Assembly: GCA_029974275.1 (NCBI GenBank)
Contig: JARKSN010000019.1
Location: 1 to 49,365 of the forward strand
DNA: 49,365 nucleotides
From: Candidatus Hydrogenedentota bacterium
GTDB lineage: Bacteria; Hydrogenedentota; Hydrogenedentia; Hydrogenedentales; SLHB01
Direction: 5' to 3'
The translations under genes and the position numbers were made by a program. The number at the start of each line of letters is the position of its first letter. The stretch's first letter is position 1. Below, in pieces: positions 28,060 to 38,800 of the stretch. The notes below the pieces were generated by a model, which saw nothing but the letters and a program-made list of their open reading frames with translations, searched no databases and had not been told where the DNA came from.

Positions 28060-29082
28060 ATGAACCGGCGACGGGTTGACGGTCCGCTTTCTGCCCACGG
28101 ATTTACCTTGATCGAACTGCTTGTCGTTATCGCGATCATTGCAATATTGGCAGGCATCGCAGTCGTCGGCGCTCCGCGCGTCCTTGAAAAGGCCCGCATC
28201 ACCAAGGTCGAGACAGACTTTGCCAACATCCGAACGGCGTTGTCGGCGTATTATGCCGACAACGGGAGTTTTCCCCCGGGATACGGCTTCCCGAAGTGGG
28301 GATGGATGAAGATGGAACTGCAAAACGGCGGCGTTCCTTCCGTTCCTGCAAACATCGACGACATGGAAAACGCTTTTTATCTTCGTCCGTTCATGGCCTA
28401 CATCAACCTCTACGGCAAGACGGATTTGTATGATCGCTTTTCCTCCACGTACGACACCGACGGGAATAGAACGATTGGGTTGATGGAATATCAGCCTATC
28501 GGAAAAGTCGATCCGGCCACGAAAAACGTCAGTTTCGACCCGGAATTTCTATACGATCAGCCCCTTTCCCTGGACGATATCAAACGGACCAAGAGCCAGG
28601 ATTACGGCAAGACGCGCCCGTTCGTGTATGTCCCGGTCAATCTGGATCAGTTCAGGCCCATCCGCACGTGGTGGAACAACAACGACAAAAACGCCAACTC
28701 GTGGCCGTCCAATTGGCGTTCCATGCCGCAACTTCAGCCCCTGAAAAACCCGGCTCCGCGCCATGACGCCTATGTCCTGATAAGCGTGGGTCCAAACGAG
28801 AACACGGGCGGAGTGGTGGGCCCGCCGGACGAGGAAGGATTCCTGGCCGCAATTGGCAATCCGGCGTATTATTACCCGTTCTTGGCCTTGCGCGCGTATT
28901 ATCTCGCGACGCGCGACGCCAACGACGGCGGCAAGGGCAATGGATTGCCGGATTTCGATTGGCGCGCCCGTGTGCGGCAAGGCGAAGGAAAACAGATGGC
29001 GTATCCCGGGGAGCCGGAACTGGCGTTGCTTCCCGACGGCTCGCCGGGCGCTGGCCCGATGATCTACAACCCTGGCCAATGA
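28060..29082 (+). CDS. Prepilin-type N-methylation domain protein (type IV pilin/T2SS pseudopilin-like)
   Basis: G|FTLIELLVVIAIIAILAGI, ALSAYYADNGSFP, LISVGPN; GGAGG RBS. Confidence 0.9.
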   Translation: MNRRRVDGPLSAHGFTLIELLVVIAIIAILAGIAVVGAPRVLEKARITKVETDFANIRTALSAYYADNGSFPPGYGFPKWGWMKMELQNGGVPSVPANIDDMENAFYLRPFMAYINLYGKTDLYDRFSSTYDTDGNRTIGLMEYQPIGKVDPATKNVSFDPEFLYDQPLSLDDIKRTKSQDYGKTRPFVYVPVNLDQFRPIRTWWNNNDKNANSWPSNWRSMPQLQPLKNPAPRHDAYVLISVGPNENTGGVVGPPDEEGFLAAIGNPAYYYPFLALRAYYLATRDANDGGKGNGLPDFDWRARVRQGEGKQMAYPGEPELALLPDGSPGAGPMIYNPGQ

Positions 29083-29448
29083 CCGCGCCGGGAAATGGGC
29101 AAGGCCTGGCCGTGGGGCCGTGGGCGCTGTGTTGCTCGCGGGGCATGCCGTTCGCGTCGCAAGAGGAATTTCCAAGAGCTCGATGAAAGACGCTTGGCGG
29201 CGCGCCTTTCCGTCCTGTGCGTCACAGGGCGCGACAGAGGACAAGGTTCTTCTTTCCTTTCCCAGCGCCGGGTCGTGCGCTGTCTGAATCGTATCCGGCG
29301 CGCGGGACGGGGGATGCTAGCGCAGAAACCGGACGCCGTTTTGCGCGCCAGAGGGACGTTGGGCATGAAAAACGGCATGCCGCGTGGACGCATCGTTCGC
29401 GGCATGGTTTTCGTCCGAAGAGCGAATGAAGAAGCATAGGAGAGCATT

Positions 29449-30366
29449 ATGAAGGTCTTGGTCACCGGAGGAGCGGGTTTCATCGGATCGCATGCGGCGG
29501 ATGCCATGTTGGAGGCCGGGCATCAGGTCGTGATTGTGGACGATCTGTCCACGGGGTCCCGCGCCAACGTGAACGCCGCCGCCGCGTTTTACGAGATGAG
29601 CATCTGTTCCAAGGAATTTTTCGATCTCTTTGCCCAAGAGCAGTTTGATGCGGTGGCGCACTTCGCGGCGCAGATGAATGTCACCCTCAGCCTGCAAGAG
29701 CCGATTTTCGACGCCACGAGCAATATTCTGGGCACGATCAACCTGCTCGAAGGCTGCGTGAAGCACGGCGTAAAACGCTTGGTGTTTGCTTCCACCAGCG
29801 GGGCGATCTACGGCGAACCGGAGCGCCTGCCCGCGCCCGAGACCACCCCAGCCGCGCCGTTAAGTCATTACGGGGCCAGCAAATATGCTTGCGAGCAATA
29901 CATTCGGCTATACCGGCGCTTGTACGGATTGACATACGTCATCCTGCGATTTTCCAACATATTTGGCCCGCGCCAAGTCGCCCATGGCGAGTGCGGCGTG
30001 TGCGCAATCCTGACGGAGCTGATGTTGCACGGCAAGCAGCCAACGCTCTACGGGTTTGGCGAACCTACGCGGGACTATGTCTATGTGGGCGACGTCGCCC
30101 GGGCGGTCGTTCTGGCGTTGCGGGCGGGCGACAACGAGATCATGAACCTGGCTTCGGGGAAGGGAACCTCGGTAAACGAGATATTCGAGGCGCTCAAGGT
30201 GGCGACGGGGTTCACGCAGACCCCTCTGCTCAAGCCGCTGCGGACGGGCGAGGTGATGCATATCGCCGCGACCAACGACAAAATCGCAGGGGTTCTGGGG
30301 TGGAAACCGGAGGTTTCCCTGCAGGAGGGACTTCACCGCGTGGTGAATCATATGCGCGGCGCGTGA
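29449..30366 (+). CDS. NAD-dependent nucleotide-sugar epimerase/dehydratase (UDP-glucose 4-epimerase-like)
   Basis: TGGAGFIG, YGASK, TRDYVYVGD; AGGAG RBS. Confidence 0.92.
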   Translation: MKVLVTGGAGFIGSHAADAMLEAGHQVVIVDDLSTGSRANVNAAAAFYEMSICSKEFFDLFAQEQFDAVAHFAAQMNVTLSLQEPIFDATSNILGTINLLEGCVKHGVKRLVFASTSGAIYGEPERLPAPETTPAAPLSHYGASKYACEQYIRLYRRLYGLTYVILRFSNIFGPRQVAHGECGVCAILTELMLHGKQPTLYGFGEPTRDYVYVGDVARAVVLALRAGDNEIMNLASGKGTSVNEIFEALKVATGFTQTPLLKPLRTGEVMHIAATNDKIAGVLGWKPEVSLQEGLHRVVNHMRGA

Positions 30367-30389
30367 CAGGAGGCGGCAGGGAGCCGGGC

Positions 30390-31313
30390 GTGTTGTCATC
30401 GAGCGTTATCATTTGCACGAAAAATCGGCGCGACGATTTGGCTCGCTGCTTGGAAAGCGTGTGCAGGCAGACGCGTCCCCCCGAGGAACTCATCGTGGTG
30501 GACGCGGGCGACGACGATAGCGAGACGGTCCTGCGCGAGGCTGCCCAGCGGTTGCCGTCCTGCGCGGTGCGCTACCTGCGGGCGGAACCGGGCCTTACGC
30601 GCCAGCGCAACGCAGGCGTCCGCGAGGCGACCAAGGACGTCGTGCATTTTTTGGATGACGACGTGATTCTCGACCCGCCGTACCTGGACGAGATGCAAAA
30701 GATTTTCGAGGCCGCCGATGGCCAGGATGTGGCGGGCGTCGGCGCCACGGCGCGGCTTCCCCAAGGGCCGCCGCCGCTCTTGGGCACGTGGCTGCGACGT
30801 CTGTTCTTGCTCACCCGCATCAACGGCGACGGTCGGATGCAGCCGTCCGGTTTCGGCACGCTTACCTGGTATTCGGATTATGCCGCGCCCCATCCGGTCC
30901 AAATTGTCGGCGGCTGCGGCTGCGCTTTTCGCCGCACCGTGTTCGATCACATCGCGTTCGATGAGTTTTTTGCGGGATATGGGCACATGGAAGACGCCGA
31001 GTTCTCGTATCGTGCGGGGAAGCTGGGCCGGCTGCTTGGCCATCCCCGCGCCACCTTGTTGCACGTGGCGACGCCCGTCGCCCGCACGGATTGGCGCCGA
31101 TTGTCGAAAATGCAGATTCTCAACCACCACTACGTATTCACCAAATTGCTCGAGCCAAACGGATTTAGGTGGCTGTGCTTTTGGTGGTCCGAGATCGGCG
31201 AATCCCTGCTGCGGGCGGTGCGTTTCGCAAAATGCCGGGACTTTGGCATTTTGGGGGGCATGTGGGACGGATACGCCGCTCTGTTGACCGGCCATCGTCG
31301 TCGCGGTCCTTGA
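30390..31313 (+). CDS. Glycosyltransferase family 2 protein
   Basis: SVIICTKNR, IVVDAG, FLDDD, EDAEFSYR; GTG start (alternative GTG 30363). Confidence 0.88.
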   Translation: MLSSSVIICTKNRRDDLARCLESVCRQTRPPEELIVVDAGDDDSETVLREAAQRLPSCAVRYLRAEPGLTRQRNAGVREATKDVVHFLDDDVILDPPYLDEMQKIFEAADGQDVAGVGATARLPQGPPPLLGTWLRRLFLLTRINGDGRMQPSGFGTLTWYSDYAAPHPVQIVGGCGCAFRRTVFDHIAFDEFFAGYGHMEDAEFSYRAGKLGRLLGHPRATLLHVATPVARTDWRRLSKMQILNHHYVFTKLLEPNGFRWLCFWWSEIGESLLRAVRFAKCRDFGILGGMWDGYAALLTGHRRRGP

Positions 31314-31334
31314 ACCTCCGGGCGAGGAAAGCGC

Positions 31335-32144
31335 TTAGGGTTCCAGGCCGAGAAAGGCCAGGCTCAGACGGGGATGATCGTTTGTTTCGAGGGTGAACGT
31401 CAGCGGGAGCCCCGTGGCCGCGAGTTGGCCGATGGCCCCTTTGATATCAAGCGTTCCCTGCCCCAGTCCCAAATGGTCATCAAACGCTCCCCGGCTGTCG
31501 TTCAGGTGCACATGCCGCAGGCATTCGCCCAGGACGTCAATCCACTCGCCAATGGGGCGCGCCGAATGCAGGGCTACGTGCGCGATGTCCAGGCAAAACC
31601 CGAAACGCGGCGAACGCAACGCTTCGGCGACGCGGCGCATGGGGCGCGGATCGGCGTCGAACATGTTTTCCATCAAGATACACAGGCCGCGCCGTTCGGC
31701 TTCGTTCACGATGTCCGGCCAGAACGCCATGCTGCAATTGTGATAGATGTCCGGGTAAGTCGGGATTTTTATCATCTCGTTGTATTGGCTGTGAAAAATG
31801 ACATAGGCGGCGCCCAGCGTTTGGGCGATGTCGAAGGCTTCCAGGTAGCGCCGTTTGGCGAGCGCCCGGACTTCCGGATCGGGACTGCAGTGAATGGTGT
31901 CGATGAACGGCCCGTGCGCTCCTTTCGGGCCCGTTACGGAATCCATGAGCGTGGCGACGCGCTGGAGCAACGGCCGGTAATCGCCGGTGAGCACGTGCGG
32001 CATGGCGAACGCCTGCACTTCCGCACCCATTCCGTATTCAATCGCTGCCGCGATCTCTTCCTCGGGGCGCTCGTTGACCGCCGCCAGGACGCGTTGGCGC
32101 GGGATCATGGACGCTGGCGCGGGGTCATGGGGTCGCCTGGGCAT
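31335..32144 (-). CDS. Sugar phosphate isomerase/epimerase (xylose-isomerase-like TIM barrel)
   Basis: HGPF, MENM, CLDIAH, HVHLND, DDHLGLGQG; alternative start 32108. Confidence 0.85.
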   Translation of the reverse strand: MPRRPHDPAPASMIPRQRVLAAVNERPEEEIAAAIEYGMGAEVQAFAMPHVLTGDYRPLLQRVATLMDSVTGPKGAHGPFIDTIHCSPDPEVRALAKRRYLEAFDIAQTLGAAYVIFHSQYNEMIKIPTYPDIYHNCSMAFWPDIVNEAERRGLCILMENMFDADPRPMRRVAEALRSPRFGFCLDIAHVALHSARPIGEWIDVLGECLRHVHLNDSRGAFDDHLGLGQGTLDIKGAIGQLAATGLPLTFTLETNDHPRLSLAFLGLEP

Positions 32145-33264
32145 CGCGTGATCGCTCCTTATTTTTTTGTTCGCGGCGCTGTGCCGCTATTTCTTTGCGG
32201 AAACGCGCCACGGCGCGCGTGTGTTCCTCGAGGGTTGCGCTGAAAGCGTGGGTTCTGCCGTCGGCGTTCGATACGAAGTACAAGTGCTTCACCTCTGCGG
32301 GACGCAATGCAGCCCGCAACGAAGCCGTTCCCGGGTTCGAGATCGGTCCCGGAGGCAACCCCGCATGCTTGTAGGTATTATACGGGGAATCGATCTCTTT
32401 GTCGCTATCGAGCATGCGCTGTCCGTACTTGCCCAAGGCATACTGCAAGGTCGCGTCGATGCCCAGCGGCATGTTGCGCGCCAACCGGTTGTAGATCACC
32501 GCGGCGATCAGCGGACGTTCCTCGTCCACCTTGGCCTCTTCCTCGACGAGCGACGCCACGATCACCGTCTCGAACAGGTCTTTGTCTGCGGCGCCCGGAA
32601 TTTCCGCCTGCACCTGCGCGTATGTTTTCTGGAATTGAAGCGTCATGCGCTCGACCACTTCGCGCTCCGTCGGCGGCTTGTCGAAATAGTACGTGTTCGG
32701 CATCAAAAAACCTTCGAGCGAATCCGCCGCAATGCCGAGCCGCGCGATCAGCGTCGCGTCGCGGGTCGCCGCCACGAACGCATCCGGGTTCGGGAACAGG
32801 TTCGACATCTGCGCGATCGAGAGCCCCTCCGGAGCCGAGACTTTCAATTCCGCCGGGATTTCCTCCGGCGTCCGGCGCGCGTTGGGCCCATTCTGGAGCA
32901 GGCGCAAAATTTCCGACGGAGACAGGCCCGAAGGAATGGCGTAAAGCCCCGCTTGTATCGGACGGCGGACCGTGTCCAGCCGGATCGCCAATCGGAACAG
33001 GAACTCGTGGTCCACCAATCCCTGTTCCCGCAGCAACGCGCCGATGTCCTTGCCCGAGGCGCCCTCGGGCACCGTCACCCGCACCGCAGGTCCCGGCGCC
33101 GACGCGCCCTTGCCCGTCACGCGCTCATACGCGATGTATCCCGCAAGCGCAATCCCCCCCCCCGCGATGATCAACGCGACTCCCCCCCACACGGCCACGG
33201 TCGCCGCGCGACGCAGCCACGATTGTCGGACAGGAGCGGGAGCAGGCGCAACGGGGTCTGTCAT
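32125..33264 (-). CDS. mltG: Endolytic transglycosylase MltG
   Basis: N-terminal TM, LEGFLMPNTY, ASLVEEE, SPYNTYKHAGLPPGPISNPG, LYFV. Confidence 0.94.
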   Translation of the reverse strand: MTDPVAPAPAPVRQSWLRRAATVAVWGGVALIIAGGGIALAGYIAYERVTGKGASAPGPAVRVTVPEGASGKDIGALLREQGLVDHEFLFRLAIRLDTVRRPIQAGLYAIPSGLSPSEILRLLQNGPNARRTPEEIPAELKVSAPEGLSIAQMSNLFPNPDAFVAATRDATLIARLGIAADSLEGFLMPNTYYFDKPPTEREVVERMTLQFQKTYAQVQAEIPGAADKDLFETVIVASLVEEEAKVDEERPLIAAVIYNRLARNMPLGIDATLQYALGKYGQRMLDSDKEIDSPYNTYKHAGLPPGPISNPGTASLRAALRPAEVKHLYFVSNADGRTHAFSATLEEHTRAVARFRKEIAAQRREQKNKERSRDAQATP

Positions 33265-33707
33265 TCCTGCGCTTCCTTTCGCAAACGCGCCCGGCGGTCC
33301 AGGTACGTCTGGAGGATCTGCTGGGCGGCGAGTTTATCGATGACCTTCTTGCGGCCTTTCCGGCTCACATCGGCTTGGACCAGGGCGCGTTGCGCGAAGG
33401 CCGTCGTGAAGCGTTCGTCCACGGTGACGATTTCGCCGGCGACGGCGTGGCGCAGGGCCTCGACGAAGAGAAGCGTTTTTTCGGCTTGCGGCCCCGGCTG
33501 GCCATGTTGATTGAGAGGCAGGCCGACGACGATGGTGCGCGTCTCGCGTTCCGTCGCGATGGCCGCGATGGCCTCGATGTCCTTTTCCGGAGCGGTCCGG
33601 GCGATCACGGTCAACGGTTGCGCGATGATGCCCATGGGGTCGCTGACCGCGACGCCGATCCGGACATCGCCTACATCCAGTCCTAGCACCCTTCCTTCGA
33701 ATTCCAC
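33261..33707 (-). CDS. ruvX: Holliday junction resolvase-like RuvX/YqgF
   Basis: LGLDVGDVRIGVAVSD, VVGLP, DERFTT, DKLAAQQILQ. Confidence 0.95.
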   Translation of the reverse strand: MEFEGRVLGLDVGDVRIGVAVSDPMGIIAQPLTVIARTAPEKDIEAIAAIATERETRTIVVGLPLNQHGQPGPQAEKTLLFVEALRHAVAGEIVTVDERFTTAFAQRALVQADVSRKGRKKVIDKLAAQQILQTYLDRRARLRKEAQE

Positions 33708-33797
33708 GGATATTTCCCTTTCTCGGATTTCCGGAAAACGTCAGTATCCTTGCAGGGCCCGCTTCCGGTCAAGCCTCGCGAAACGGCGGGGCCATTC

Positions 33798-35465
<1,668 letters not shown>

Positions 35466-35579
35466 AGCGGGAGGAATTTTACCGCATCGTGGGCGTCGGA
35501 TTCACGGCGGAAACGGGGAGCGCAGACGCCGGGAGGGGCGGTCGCGACGCGGGCTGCGTGGCGCCGCGCCACAAAACAG

Positions 35580-35608
35580 TTGACAGATGTCGGTTTTGAG
35601 CCTATAAT
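35580..35608 (+). promoter_or_regulatory. Perfect-consensus sigma70 promoter of the large surface-protein gene
   Basis: TTGACA (35580-35585)-N17-TATAAT (35603-35608). Confidence 0.85.
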
Positions 35609-35857
35609 CACACCCGCGTTGTCGTGAGAGAACTAGGCGTCTGGATCAGCTGCTTTTTGCGGATTGGCGCCCTACAATGAAGACCTGCAACGGCAGCGAA
35701 AGGGAAGAGCGGGTTTGTTTTTTCATCAGGGGTCATGTGCAATCTAGTGTGTAATGGGCGGCTTGTGCGCCGGTAGTGTGTTTAACTCCGGGTCTACATG
35801 TCACCGTGGGTGGAATGTTGCCTCGGGGAGAAAAGCAGAAGCAGAGGAGAATAAAGC

Positions 35858-38800
35858 ATGGGGAGCAGGAAGAAAGTCATTCTGGCGTCGCTCGTAAGTC
35901 TGATGATGATCTTCGCGTTTGCGGTCGGCTTGGCGCCGTCGCAGGGGCGGGACAGCATCCTGGATGCCAAGGCGGCATCGGGCGTGAGCGCAGTCGCGGT
36001 GAGCGTGGACAACGCTACGCCGGTCGGCGAGAGTTATGCAATTCCGGTAGGCGGGGAGCAGAGTTTTAGCGCTCTGGGCCTCGAGGGAGGAGTGGCCACT
36101 CAATTGCTCACGACCGGCGGAGTGATGTGGTCGCTTGGCTCTGACGGCAACGGCGTATTGAGTTCGGCCCCCGGCGATCGGGTGGCGACGGTGACGGCGT
36201 TGGCGCCGGGTTCGGCGGACTTGTTCGTGACGACCGCGGACGGCCTGCTCGACAAAGTCGCTTTGACGTTCTACGAACTCAAAGCGGCCAAGGCGTCGTA
36301 TCCCACGGCGACCTCGCTTCAAATCATCCAGCCTGCAGACTTGTCGCGCCTGTACGTGCAGACGGATTCCGTCAATGTTCCGCTGCCCGTCGTGGCGGTC
36401 AGCAACAGTCCGCTCGACACCAAGCCCGTGATTTTCACGCGTTCGGATTCGAGCGCTATCGGAACCGCGAATGCCGCGCCGTTCTCGGTGACGCTTGCGG
36501 ACATCGCCTCCATCACCACGGAGACGATTACGGCTGCTTCCGGCAGTTACTTGAGCGATCAGCCTTTCCACGCCACGTCCACCTTCTCGGTGACCCAGCT
36601 GGATGCCGACGCGGACGGAAACGGCCTTCCCGACGCTCCCTTTACGCTTCCCAACCTGCAGCCGGGCGACCTGTGGGTGGCCAGCATCGAAGTTCCCGGC
36701 GGCGGCGTTCGCACCGTCCTGGTGACCAGCTTGGATACGCCGGCCATCAAGGCCGTCGAGCCTCTGGGCAATGCTCAGACCACGCTTACCTACCAGGACC
36801 CGGCGCAACAGAGCCGCGTCTTCTCGGTGACGGCTCCGGCCGGCCTTATCGGCGCGAACGAGCGCGCAGTGCTCGTGCTTGAAGTCGCCGACGACGTGGA
36901 GACCTTGCTGGGCGCCGTGGAAGCGGCCAAAGTCCCGAGCCCCATGCGCACGCTGGCTCCCAACGGGGTGTACGGCGTCGTGAGCGTGCTCGTCAAGCCC
37001 TCCGGCGCGTCGGCCTACACGGCAATCGACAGCGCCCGCTTGGCGCTCAAGCCGTTGACCATCGAAGCCAACGGCGTCGCCGTGAATGCGGGCGACAATG
37101 CGCGCTTCCTGAGCTATCCGGTGCAGGTCGTTAACGCGCCGTCGACGGGCGCCCAGGCCCAGGCGGCGTTGGGCGCCGAATGGGTGGCGACGTCGAACGG
37201 AACGACCGTCGGCAACGGCGTGATGACCGCCGCGCTGACTTCTTCCACGATGGTGGCTCCCTTCCTGACCCCGAACAACGTGCAGGCGACGGGCCTGTCC
37301 GATTCCTCCGACTACTCGATCGGCGGCAAGGAAGTGGATGTCTTCCTGAACAATCTCCCCGGCGACGCGGTGGTCGCCGTCACGATTGACGGGACGACCG
37401 TCGGAACCATCAAAGCCGCCCCGGGCGATTATCTGTTCACCGTTCCGCCCGCAGCGACGAAACTGGCGAATCCGGCTTCCGCGGCGACCTATCACGTGCG
37501 CGTGGACATCACGAGTCCGTCGTCCCCCGAGGCGAACTCGTTCGACGTTCTTCCCAACGCGTTCACGTACGTGGGCCCGTCCATTACGGCAGTGACGCCC
37601 GATTCCGGCCCCGAGTCCGGCGGCACGCCGATCACGGTCACCGGCAAAGGCTTCTCGGCTTCGTTGTCGGCCCATCTGGACGGTTCCGTGATTCTGAATA
37701 CCTCGGTCGTTGATTCGACCTCCTTCACCGGCACGACGACGGCCCATTCGCTGGGCCAGGCCGGCATCACGGTGGTTACGGACAAGAACTACGAGGGATC
37801 GATGGGCAACGCGTTCACGTACTTGCCCAGTGCGCCGCAATTGACGAGCGCGTTCCCGACACGCGTTTTTGATGACGGCGGCTACACGACGCGCGTGCGC
37901 GGCTTGTACTTCGTCGATCCCAACACGGAGTTCAAGGTTCGCGGTCAGAACCTGGTGTACTTCACCGCCAACGAGTCGCAGACGTCGATCGGCGACGTGA
38001 ACCCGGGAACGGACGTTCCTGCGGCGAACGTCGATTTCTTGGACGACATGAATCTGAACGTGTTGACGCCGGTGCATGCGACCGGTGACTACAAGCTGTA
38101 CGCCGCCACGTTCATTCCGTCCAACCAGCCGAAGAACCTCAATTTCGGGCCCAAATTCGGCAATCTGTTCCAGTTGTCCTCGAACGTGCTGGACTTCTCC
38201 TTCGCGAGCGCTGCGGAATCGGCGATGACGATCTCCAGCATCTACCCGCCCGTGGGACCGCTGGGCGGCGGCAACAGCGTCCAGATCAACGGCTCGGGCT
38301 TCCCTGCGGGCGTGGCGCTGGGCGACATTCCTTCCGGCAACGTCTTGCGCTTCGGCGACTCGGCGGCGACGACTTTCTTCGCCCAGACCGGCGTCGAAAT
38401 ACAGATTCCCGTCAAGCTGTTTGTCGGCCCTGAGTTGGATGGTCAGCCGGCGACGGCGTTCGCCAACGGCATGACCTTCACGATCAACTTCGATCCGACG
38501 GTGTTGGAGCCCATCCTGCGGCCCAACCTCCGGCCGGACTTTATCGCGAATCCCGATCTGGCCACGTGGTACAGCGAGTCTGTCGCCACGGCGGCTCCCG
38601 CTCCGGGACAGATATCGATCGTGATTGCCGACGTTGGCGGAAATGGCCTTGCCATGACCACGAAGGACGATCAACGCGTCGGCGGCACGAACGTCCAAAT
38701 CAACCCGTTCACCCTGTTCACCTTGCGCTTCAACGTGGTTGGCGGAGCCGGCGCTTCGTCCGGCCTGACGTTCACGGAAGTGCGGATGGTGAACAACGTG

